Assembly: GCA_008632985.1 (NCBI GenBank)
Contig: QPGO01000201.1
Span: 118,919 to 138,918 of the forward strand
Direction: 5' to 3'
Length of the DNA stretch: 20,000 nucleotides
Origin: Psammoneis japonica
Taxonomy: Eukaryota
The position numbers were made by a program, and so were the translations under genes. The stretch's first letter is position 1, and each line of letters begins with the position of its first letter. Below the pieces are notes generated by a model. The model saw only the letters and a program-made list of their open reading frames with translations. It did no database searches and was not told where the DNA came from. Below are positions 1-10,523 of the stretch, piece by piece.

Positions 1-321
1 TCTTTCAAGAACGACAACAGCAACAGTCGTTGGATGGTTTTTAACGCTCCCACCTCTCCCACCCTCTGGAGGCCCTTGCCGTCCAGCTTTGGGTTTGGGA
101 GACGCCTTTCCCAGGGCCAGTAAAGCCATCTCCACTCCTGCTTCCATTCGTGGTCCTACATTTGCAAGTTTGCTAGTTTACTGTTTCTAAAATCTCGATG
201 CATCGGATAAACCAAAACGAGAAAAGCGGCGTAACGCGCGCCGGCCGGCTGCAGAAAAACTTGTCCGAAGAAATTGCTGCAGGTTTGCTAACCACCTCTA
301 CTGTTGGGGGAAATGATGATG

Positions 322-342
322 CTCACATCTCACATCTCACAT
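322..342 (+). repeat. Short tandem repeat (CTCACAT)x3
   Basis: Three perfect 7-mers read directly upstream of the exonuclease gene. Confidence 0.8.
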
Positions 343-458
343 CATATTAATATATACCGGTACAATAAAACCACACATCCCATCGAAACCACAGAGCATT
401 CAGTGGAAGTGCTGATGCCAGTGGTAGTGCTGATAGGCTTGTCTTTCTGTGTAATGTC

Positions 459-1481
459 ATGACAGACTTGCGGTGTCTTTCCAAGAAGTGTCTCGGTTGG
501 AGAAGGAGGATTCTTCTTGCTTTCATCAGCCTTGTTGTGAGTTCCGCCTTTGAACGAAGACTTGCATTGCGGCCCATGAAACCCATTCTTCATAACAAGA
601 ATATCAACAACAAAAAGCACTGCCAAGAAATCATGGCAGTGTGTACCGATGATCCACGAGCAGTCGAACGATGGCTGAATCGAAATCTCCGGGAAAATTA
701 TGTTGGATTTGATCTCGAGGTGAGTCCAGTTAGTCTTTTTAATAGCTTGTTTACAGAAAATCTAAAGTATGCATGCATTGTCTACTAGTCCGTCCCCGAT
801 CTCCCTTGGAAGTCATACAAGTACACTGGTCCCGCAACGATGCAGCTTGCTACGGTAGATTCTGCCATTGTCATTGTGATTGCCGATTCCTTCACTGGTC
901 CGAATCGCAAGGTCTTGCCACTCTTGGGAGACTTGCTAGCGGATGAATCACTCTTGAAAACAGGTGTCGGAATTCATGGAGACATGGTGGAACTCCATCA
1001 ATGGCAGCCAGCCTATTTTGACTCGATTCATGGCAGATTTGATATGGGTGGTATCGGAGGTATCAATCCAGGACATCAACAATCTTTGAAACGGCTTAGT
1101 GAAGATGTTTTGCATGTGGAATTGTTCAAATCCAGAAAGATTGCCCTAAGCAATTGGGCACGGAGTCGCTTGACGGATCAGCAATTGAATTATGCGGCGC
1201 GAGATGCCTGGGCAGCGGCGGCCATTGTTCATGAAATATTATCCAAGGGAATACGCTCCAGTGACGAAATAGCAGATTGGATCCAAGAACATGAGATCCC
1301 CATTGATGAATTTATGAGAAGATCCATGGAACGCAAGGAATGCCGACTCCGTTACAAGCAAATCAAGCGTTTGGAAGAGTTTCAGCAAGAGGCTGAGGAA
1401 TTGTTCCAAAAAATGAGTCAGCTTGCTCCACCACGGCCAATGGTGATTGAATATAAGAAAGACAAAGACGACAAGCAGTGA
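459..1481 (+). CDS. DnaQ/DEDDy 3'-5' exonuclease, WRN-exo/EXD2-like; two exons join(459..719,789..1481)
   Basis: Intron 720-788 (GTGAGT...CTAG) joins the two ORFs in frame. This gives ExoI VGFDLE, QLAT, ExoII GVGIHGD, SLKRL, SNW and ExoIII YAARDA. The N-terminal hydrophobic stretch ends in VSSA-F. Confidence 0.85.
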
Positions 1482-2144
1482 CGATATTCTGTGTCCGACA
1501 ATAACTACTGTCTATTCCGCGAAATCATGGCTGAAGGAATGCCAATTCTTGGCTCGAGAAACGTCGAGCATGTACTTTGTGGGAAAGATTGCGTACTTCT
1601 GCTGAATTTCCCAGCTGCAATGATCACCTTCCGTTGACTCGTATAGTTCAGTTGGTTATTCCTAAGCCCCGATGGTCTACTATTGGGAGGTGGATGTGAC
1701 TGAAAAGTGAATGCGGACAACAATTGAGAATTGAGAGACATGAAGAAGCTGCAGTGAGACCGTGGGAGGACCAAACGAAGTTGTCTGGTCACAGACAAGG
1801 CGAAGCACTCCACGCATGTTGCAAATCTTCATTGAGGCGGACCCAAAGAGGCGGTTCGTGGCCAGGAGCTCTAAACAGTGAAAGTGAGCGTCAATGTGTA
1901 TGTATATATTGAAGCCAGCTTTCCTTCATTTTTTGGACCTCGCTTATCATTATTTGTTGTTTTTATTACATGGTGGTCTGAATATTTGAACCCTTCCTCT
2001 CTAGAAGTAGACAATAGACGAATCTGTGACGTCGGGGGATAAAGAAAAGTTAGACCCTAGATGTACAGTAAGCGGCAGAGCACGCACTTTTCAACTACAA
2101 CTGTTGTATTGTTCGCATAAAGAAGAAGTATGCATCAGTCGAAA

Positions 2145-2951
2145 CTAGTACTGCCCGGTCGGTTTCCTCATGGCCAATCTTCTCAATTCATCCACGCTGG
2201 GTATATTTCCGTCATCATCGGTTAGTCTTCCCGTCTGACGATAATCCGTGACGGCAATACCCATTTCCGAAACAGCCAGCATGGCCCGGTCTCTATCTTG
2301 CCGCTCAATGGCTTTTCCAAAGACACCGCATTGTGTTTCATAAGCTTTGCAGTCGGCCATCATTTGCTTGGCGTACGAATTGCTCATGCCAAGGCCTTGT
2401 CCGTCCAAACTCGATACGTATAGTTTCATTGGCAAAATGGCATTGTCTGCCGTCTTGTAAAATTCCGATACCCCTTCCCAATTGCCATCGTCAATCATGG
2501 GTGGAACAACTGTGATGGTGTTGCTCACTTTTTGAATCCGAGGGAGATAACGCTTTTTGGCTGTGGGATAGTAATACGCTGTTGATTGATTGGAAAAAAG
2601 ATGGATACGGCATGAGTGACTCGAAACAAATCAAGACCTTTAGATTTTTTGAATGAGAAAAGAAATGGAAAACGTACATGCTCGCAGAGTCGGGTCGATT
2701 CCTTTATCTCCTTTTTGTCCCTTGGCAATCACAACGGTGGAGGACTGGTCCTTTTGTACAATTTTGTTGGGATCCGCACCAAATTCATCCAACAAACCCG
2801 CCTGTGCTGCACTCGGAGCCGCCGCAGTAGCTGCCGCAGCAGTCGCCACGGATTGAAGGAGGCTTCGTCGGTCCATGGAGCCTGGGACCAACGCCACAGA
2901 CGAGGCCACAAACATGGATGCCACAATCGTAGAAGTCAAAACAAGTTTCAT
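2145..2951 (-). CDS. Nucleus-encoded plastid thylakoid-lumen protein of unknown function (235 aa); exons complement(2678..2951) and complement(2145..2578)
   Basis: Signal peptide MKLVLTSTIVASMFVASSVA, then twin-Arg DRRSLL, an Ala-rich h-region and an AQA cleavage site (Tat lumen signal). A 99-nt GTACG...CAG intron (2579-2677) joins in frame: ...PTLRAS-YYYPTAKKRYLPRIQKV... Confidence 0.75.
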
Positions 2952-3295
2952 GGCTTTGCGCTCTTCTTCTTTTAAGTTGAAATGGAGATGAACAAAAGGA
3001 TTTGTGACATCCAATGCTCGCAGATGTTCTGTCGACAACGCACCACGTCGATTGCATTGGCCGCTTGCGTTTTCTTCTGCTGTTATTGTTTTGTGAGAAA
3101 GGTGAGGGGTGACGTGGCTCCATCCGACCGCGCGAGATCGCGCATGCCACAGACGACGGCTCTGAATGGAGGAGTGGATGCATGGACAGACCGTGTTGGA
3201 GGGAGTTTCTGAATTTTCGAAAATTGTTCGGAAGCCACCAGCCACTCAACATGACGTTGAAGGCTCACAAATAATATAATGGCTGACATGGATAC

Positions 3296-3526
3296 AGTCA
3301 CGACTCAACGTCATTCTGGTCGCATCTCACGACTGCAACCCAGACTCAGATTTTCTCTTCGAAACAATTGGCTCATCACAAAATCGATTCAAACAGAAGC
3401 AACGACATTCGTCATAATTTCTAGACAACGACTTTCAACAAGCGTCTGTTTACCTCTGTCGCTGTTCACATTGCTGCCAACCTCCGAGGTCTTGCCCATC
3501 CCACTCAGCTGCAGGGCTGCATCTCG
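3296..3526 (+). repeat. 5' LTR
   Basis: Direct repeat of 10293-10523 at offset 6997. By-eye alignment gives 11 mismatches, all transitions, and no indels. Confidence 0.93.
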
Positions 3527-3528
3527 AC

Positions 3529-3542
3529 TGGTTGCAGAGCCC
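3529..3542 (+). promoter_or_regulatory. Primer-binding site, resembling the complement of the initiator tRNA-Met 3' end
   Basis: TGGTTGCAGAGCCC lies 2 nt after the LTR. It has one mismatch to the iMet-type PBS TGGTAGCAGAG. Confidence 0.7.
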
Positions 3543-3691
3543 AATTTGTGCGTTGACGAGAGCTCCTGACCGAGTCATCGTCACGGACGCTTTCGGTTTT
3601 TGATTTTGAAGCAAACCCGGGAAATAGCTGAGTCTCTCTCGCTTCTCTCGTCTTCACTCTAACAAGAACCTCCCATGCTGCACTCTCTGTC

Positions 3692-6187
3692 ATGGCTGCC
3701 ATCGATCCAGATGTTCTGGCGAAGGCGTTTGCCGATGCAATGGCCGCCAACGCCGCGGCGACCGCTCCTCCGGCTCCAACCAAGCCGTTACGTGGTGGAA
3801 TTCACCCAACCCACGGGGTTTACATTGGTGGTTCCAAACTCAACAACAACTGCGAACAATCCAATGATAGAACCTGCCGGCTCGCCTCTCAGCGCCGTCA
3901 TCCCAAGGCTCTCGACTCGATAGAACGATCTCTCCGCGATCAACAAGCTTCCGCAATGACTTCCAAGTTCAACGGTCGACTTGAGATTTCAGATGGTCCC
4001 ATCAACGAGCTTGACAAGGACCATTTCGTCAAGACTGTTCGAGATCTGGTGGAAGCCCACGGTCAGCAGACGTTCTGCCATGTCAAGGACAGCGACGACA
4101 AGGTTCAATGTGTCTTCGACCATCTTCACGAGTTTACTGTGACCGATCTCGTGAACGAGTGCACGGTTGGGAAAGCAGCTGCCGATGATGCCAAGTACGA
4201 CGAGATCAAGCTCGACGACATCGGGCTCTCTCAACTTCTCGTTCACTCAAGAATCACCAATGCCTTTCGCGAGAAAATCGAGACCAAGTTCAACCATCTT
4301 TCGGACTGCCAAGACTGCCCTGGATCTGTTCCATTCATGATGGCTCTCGATGCTTGCAATGCTGGTGCTCTGACGGATGTTGAGACGGCTGAGAAGCAGC
4401 TAGAAGACCTCAGTTTGGTTGACTGTCCCAGCGAGGATTGCACGGACTTTGCTGCCGAAGCTCTTCGCATCGTGAAAATCATGCAGACCGACTGCGCGCT
4501 TCCGGCGAACACAAGCTCCAAGCTGCTCCACAAGATCTCCTCTGCGTCCTCTGAGTGCTTCAATCGCCGAGTCTACAACAAGCTCAACGACGTCAAGGCC
4601 ATGGAACGCAAGCACCGCCTCAAGAATCCTGCTGACATCGTGTCCGACAGCGATCACAGAACGCTCGGACCGGTCGGCATCATTGCGTGGATTCAAGAGC
4701 AACACAACGAACTCGTGAAGGACAGGGAATGGCCTGCATTGGCAGCCAAGCTACCCGAGAGTAATCTTTCGACTACGGATGACCCTGTGAAGACGAAGCA
4801 CTGTCATGGTTGCGGTCTCGAGGGGCACACCAAGAAGACGTGTCCGAAGTGCAACGCCAAACCGCCGCGCGACGATCCTCCTCCCAATCCGCCGCCTGCA
4901 GACGACCCTTCCAGGAAGAAGAGGCGACCCATCGCTGCCTGGCGCACTAAATTTGACGGAGAAACGAAGAAGGATAAGAATGGCAAGGAATGGAAGTGGT
5001 GTGCCACGTGCAAGGCGAAGGGTGCCGACAAACCTGGAATCTGCCAGAAGCACTCTACCGCGGAACATGCCGACGACCGCAGGCAACCTCCCAAGGAGAC
5101 CCCAGCAGGGAATTTGTCTTCCGTTGCTGATCCGGACAGTGGCGTGCCCATGGGTCCGCCCGCTCAGACTACCAAGGAACCAGAGGGAGACGAATCCGAC
5201 CCCAACGAGTTGGTTTTCACGGGAATGTGGTGCGCGGCTACGGATCCCGTTGCCGACCCGGATTTCTGTTCCGCCCCTGTCACTGCTGCAATTATTGTCA
5301 CTCCGGCTTCCGAGAGGGAGAGCGACACAGTCGTTAGCACTGAGGTGGTTTGCATCGAAACGAGCCCACCTGTGCTCACCTCAGTCGTGGATCCAGTCGT
5401 GTCTCCCATCGTGGTTGAGACTGTCACTCCCGAAGACGCCGATGACTTCTGCGAATGCTCCGACGCTTTCTCTACCTTTGAAAACGAACCACCGGCTATT
5501 GAGTTGTTTCCGGCCTCGAAGCTGTGCTCTGTCGAGCATCCGGATGAGTTCTTTGACGCTCCCGCACATTTGACGGATGTGCTGTCAGACGACACCAAGT
5601 TAGATCTCATCCTTGAACACGACGTACACTTTGAAGACGCATGCTACGACTTGCCTCCGTGTGTTACGTATCGTGGCTTCGATTTCTACGATCCAGAGGT
5701 CCTGGATGCGGATGATTGTCACGAGGACGTCGAAGACGAGCCCACTTCGCGTCGCTCACTCTTGGGTCGAGTCAAGCCATTCATACTCTGGCTCGCCGCC
5801 ATGTTTTGGGAAACGGCACTGCATCTTTGCTTTGCTCCGATCCCATGTATCCCTCGAGCTCTACGCCGCCAGCGCAAACTCCCAACTTTGCACGGGTTTC
5901 CAGCCTCCTGGATGGTCCTGTCCGTTGCAGTGATGGCATGGTCAGCAGTTTACGCCGGTCAACAGCCCGAGTGTCCATTCTCGAACGTGCCAAGTCGTTT
6001 TTCGACCGCCAGCTCTCAAGTCTACCACATTGTGGAAGAGCTAGATGACCGGATAGTGTCAGATACGGGGTCACTGTTCGAATGTCACAGGATCAAAGGC
6101 ACGCAAGTGCTCACCGAGTTTGTCGCGCGCCATCCGTCACACGCACTGAGCACTCGTCTCAAGGCCTGCTGGGAGAGCCAGAAGTAG
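3692..6187 (+). pseudogene. gag: Retrotransposon Gag with zinc knuckles plus a long acidic/hydrophobic linker
   Basis: CX2CX4HX4C knuckle CHGCGLEGHTKKTC (4802-4843) and a second WKWCxxC...H....H motif. It is the first long ORF after the PBS and is strikingly Cys/His-rich and Tyr-poor. Confidence 0.8.
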
Positions 6188-7476
6188 CTGAACGGTCTGA
6201 TGCGATAGACGAATCAGCCTTCTTTGACACCCATGAGGAACTGGAACCTCTCGACGACCAGAAGCATTTCTTTGACGCTCTTGAGGACTTCAGCCCGGAT
6301 TTCTTCCGGTTTGACGAGCTCTGTCTGCCGCATCACATCGTGGACACTGCCCATTTTCAAGATCCTGTGGAACTGTTGGAGGAAGCAAGTGTTAGACCAG
6401 TCGTCTATGACACCTCCACCATCCAACTGCTCACCGGACAATCACAAGCCGACCTCCTTGCATCCGATCCGCAGGCACTCATCGGTCTGTCGGACGAGGC
6501 TCTCACGGTCGTCATGGACACTGGTGCCACGTTAGCCATCACCCCCGATGAAGATGATTTTACGGGGCCTGTGACTGTTCCCAAGAAACCCTTGCAGATC
6601 AATGGGATTGCCAACGGTCTTGCCATCCAGGGTGCCGGTCCGGTTGCGTGGGTGTTCACAACGCCGAGTGGGGCTGCCATCCAACTGAACACCATGGCAT
6701 GCTACGTCCCTGGAGCCCGTCAGCGCCTGCCATCGCCTCAACGCCTCTTCAACGAAGAGAAGGGGGTACGTGGGAAGTGTGAGGGCGATGAAACCACTTT
6801 CCGTTTACAAATTGACGGGATGGGCAAGTTGGTCGTGCCATGTCATCCATCAAGCCACTCACCCATTGCGTCGATGACCAAGGGCGCATCTGCCGCTCCT
6901 CAAGTGAACCTTCAGATCCTTATCGAGGAGAATCAAAACCTCACGGCAGGCCAAAAGCTTCTTCTCGAAATGCACGCCCGTTTTGGCCATTTGAACTTTG
7001 GTCGCGTCCAAGCACTTCTCCGCGCAGTTCCGTTCCTTTCGAACCGTTTCAAGTCCGCAGCGAAGTGTGACCACCCAAGATGCGAGGCATGCGAACATGC
7101 TAAAGGTCACAGACGCTCTCTTGGATCTACTCACAAGTCGACAGTCCCTGAACGCGACGGGGCCCTTCGAGCTGACCATCTTCGACCGGGTCAGGCTGTC
7201 AGCGTTGATCATTTTGAGTCGCGCCTTTTAGGCCGCACCTTCGACTCTTGTGGCAAAGCCACGTCCAAGCAATTCAAGGGCGGTTGTGTCTTTGTCGACC
7301 ACGCCTCTGGCTATGTCCAGGTCGAGCACCAACTGGGTTTCTCCGCTGTTGAGACGATGCGCGCGAAGCAAGCGTTTGAGAAACATGCTTTGGACCACGG
7401 GGTCATCGTCCAAGAATTTCTTACCGACAGTGGCGCTTTCAAGGCCAACGCTTTTGCACAACATGCGAGAACATGA
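6082..7476 (+). pseudogene. pol: Pol part 1: aspartic protease, integrase zinc finger and start of the integrase core
   Basis: Protease VVMDTGATLAIT; HHCC finger HARFGH...CEAC; core VSVDHF, FVDHASG and LTDSGAF. Frame changes near 7460-7476. Confidence 0.88.
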
Positions 7477-9780
7477 ACAACGTCTCCGTTTTTGTGGAAC
7501 CAACGCCCATCATCAGAACGGCGTCGCAGAGCAGGGCATCCGCGGCATCTCCAACATGGCGAGAGCGATGTTGCTTCATGCATCAATCCACTGGAAGGGG
7601 GGAATTGACAGCTCCCTGTGGCCCATGGCAGTTTCTTGTGCCACGCACATCTACAATGTCACCCCAAATTCCAAAGGACATTGCCCAGCGGACATTTTCA
7701 CCGGTTCGACAGTGCCAAGACATCGGTTGCGCGACATTCACACATGGGGATGTCCAGCGCACGCACTTGACCCGACCCTCGCTTCCGGGAAGAAGCTCCC
7801 GCGTTGGGAGCCTCGCACTCGTCGCGCTTTGTTCGTGGGACTCAGTGCCATCCATTCCAGTGAGGTTCCTTTGGTCCTCAATCTTCAAACTGGAAGTGTC
7901 GCACCTCAGTGTCATGTGGTCTTTGACGATCTCTTCACTGCCGCACCATCAATCGAGAGGGAGACGGATCCACCTGATCACTGGGAACACTTGTGCCTCA
8001 ACCAATCGACATGCATCCCTCTGGAGAAGGATCAGGCAGTTCATTTACACGATGAGTGGCTTGCCCCTCCAGAGCGTCAACGTAAAGAACGAGAACTAGC
8101 CAGAGCAACACGCATTCGCGGGCATTTTGAGCCTGCTCCATCGATTGCTGTGCCGGATTCACCCACTTCTCGCGACGACGTCACCGATCGAGTCGCACCT
8201 GCGACTCAGCAGCCAACGCCACCAGTCCCACCTGCGACTCAAACTCCTGCAGACTCTACGGACTCTACGCCAATTCAGCCACCTGAACCTCAAGACAGCA
8301 ACGGACTTCCGCCACCCGAAGCGCCGACGGAACCAACAGCTCCTCCCCCAGTCGAGACACCTCCCATGACGAATCCAGAGGGAGCACCAGGGCTGCGACG
8401 GTCTTCACGGTCAACCAAGGGACAGTTCAACTCCACCAAGTTTGTAGATGAGGTCTGCTTCAGCTCCGTCGAGGAAATGCCGCTGCCGATCGGACACGAG
8501 GCTCAACTGGCGTATCTGGCGACTCTCGAGACGGATTTGGACAGTGGCGCCATCAATGTCGGCGATCCACGAGCCTGCGCAGCTAGTGAGAAAACCAAGG
8601 ACCCTGACATGCCTTCATTGCACAATGCTCTGAAAGGTCCGGACGCCGACGAATGGATTGAGGCGATGAAAATTGAAGTCAACGCACTCACACATCGTCG
8701 AGCCTGGAAAGCAGTCGAGCGTCAGCCGCGTGTGAATGTACTTCCAGGCACATGGGCACTAAAGCTCAAGAGACTCCCAGATGGAACCCCTCTCAAGCAC
8801 AAGGCCCGATGCTGCGTCCGCGGTGATTTGCAGAAAGAAGGAGTCGACTGCTTCGAAACCCATGCGCCGGTTGTGCAATGGTCCAGCACCCGACTCATGC
8901 TCACTGCGGCATTAAAGGAGGGATGGACTGCACGACAGGTGGACTGCACCACAGCCTTTTGCCAAGCTGACATCGCCGAGGAAGTTCACACAACACCGCC
9001 GAAGGGATTTGCGCCAAGGTCGGGACTCAATGTGGTTCTCAAACTTTTGAAAGGACTACACGGCCTAAAACAGTCTCCCAAGGGCTTCTACGAGAAGTCA
9101 CGAGCTGGTTTAACCGAGCGCGGATGGGTGCCTTCAGCCACAGATCCCTGTTTGTATTTCAAAGAGGGCATGATGTGTGTGGTGCACGTCGACGACACCG
9201 TTTTTGCTGGAGCTTCAGCTGAAGCTCTAGAAGCCGAAATTCGCAAGTTAGGAGTCTCCGACGACGAACATCGCCACGCATTTGAACTTAGAGACGAAGG
9301 AGAAGTCGGCAACTTTCTCGGTGTCAAGATCGAAAAGCTCTCCGAGGGTCGATTTCTACTCACTCAACCCGGTCTAATTGACAAGGTCCTGCACACCGCA
9401 CAGATGCAGGATTGCAATGGAGCATCTGCTCCAGCTCTACCTGCGGCTGTTGGTGCCGACACGGACGGCCTGCCTTTTGATGAACCCTGCGATTGTCGCT
9501 CAGTTGTTGGAATGTTGATGCACTTGGCAGCGAACAGCCGGCCAGACATTGCACATGCCACACATCAAGTGGCTCGATTCTCGTTTGCACCCCGAGCGTC
9601 CCACGCTGCTGCAGTGAAGCGGATGCTCCGATGCCTCAAAGCAACTGCTGCTGAAGGTCTCATTCTCAAGCCTGCGCAAGATCATCGAGTTGATTGTTGC
9701 GTCGATTCTGACTTCGCGGGGTTGTTTGGTGTGGAAGATGGTCAAGACCCAGTTTCTGTCAAGTCCAGGACTGGATCCTG
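7460..9780 (+). pseudogene. pol: Pol part 2: integrase C-terminal core and reverse transcriptase
   Basis: AHHQNGVAE (catalytic E), WGCP, PQxHVVFDD; RT motifs KAR.CVRGD.Q, QVD...AF, LHGLKQSP, DPCL, HVDD (for YVDD, 9185-9196) and SRPDIA; start of RNase H DSDFAG. Confidence 0.9.
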
Positions 9781-10271
9781 TCTGCTGCGCCGGCTGCCCG
9801 CTTGTCTGGGTGTCCAAGCTGCAGACTCTTGCAGCATTGTCGACTGTGGAAGCGGAATGTGTCGCACTTTCTCAAGCCATGCGCGATCTCATCCCCATTC
9901 GTGAAGTTCTCAAGGAGCTCAACCACCACGCACTCGGAAAGTCTGACCGCCAAAACCCTATCACGACTCACTCCAAGGCTTTTGAGCTCGCAACCCAAGG
10001 CACCGATGACTCGCCTGTAGAGCAGAATGTCCTGCCTGCGTCCGTTGTGTACGAAGATAACTCCGCGTGCCTCAAGTTCGCATGCATGCCCAAGTTGTCT
10101 CCGCGAACCAAACACATCGGTATCCCGCACCACTGGTTTAGGACTAAAGTCGAACAATTGGAGATCGACATCCAACCTGTCAGCACTCTAGAGCAACTGG
10201 CCGATCAGTTCACGAAGGGACTGCGGACCGATGCGTTCCGTGCGGCTAGAAAGGCTCTCATGGGCTGGTGA
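9770..10271 (+). pseudogene. pol: Pol part 3: copia-type RNase H
   Basis: GCPLVWVSKLQT, LSTVEAE, VYEDNSAC, RTKHI, QLADQFTKGL, ending ...LMGW-stop. Confidence 0.9.
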
Positions 10272-10283
10272 GCTCTCTCGGTT

Positions 10284-10292
10284 GAGAGGGAG
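10284..10292 (+). promoter_or_regulatory. Polypurine tract (plus-strand primer)
   Basis: GAGAGGGAG immediately before the 3' LTR. Confidence 0.85.
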
Positions 10293-10523
10293 AGTCACGA
10301 CTCAACGTCATTCTGGTCGCATCTCACGACTGCAACCCAGACTCAGATTTTCTCTTCGAAACAATTAGCTCATCACAAAATCGATTCAAACAGAAGCAAC
10401 GACATTCGTCACAATTTCTAGACAACGACTTTCAACAAGCGTCTGTTTGCCTCTGTCGCTGTTCACATTGCTGCCAACCTCCGAGGTCTCATCCATCCTG
10501 CTCAGCTGTGGGACTGCATCTCG
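10293..10523 (+). repeat. 3' LTR
   Basis: Direct repeat of 3296-3526. Homology ends after ...GCATCTCG. Confidence 0.93.

Larger units (their letters stand above)
3296..10523 (+). mobile_element. Ty1/copia LTR retrotransposon (CoDi-like), full length, inactivated by hypermutation
   Basis: Paired 231-bp LTRs, PBS, PPT, and domain order gag(CCHC)-PR-INT-RT-RNaseH, which is diagnostic of Ty1/copia. Confidence 0.96.

Noticed and set aside
1..147. Open minus-strand frame MEAGVEMALLALGKASPKPK... running off the window edge
   Set aside because: Only 49 codons are visible with no recognisable motif; it may be a gene start but cannot be supported.
1505..1912. Short ORFs between the exonuclease and lumen-protein genes
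   Set aside because: No motifs or coding-like composition; likely UTR or intergenic sequence.
3296..10523. ADAR-type A-to-I editing of the retrotransposon RNA as the cause
   Set aside because: Changes occur on both strands (TG and CA), differ between the LTRs and extend beyond the element into host DNA.
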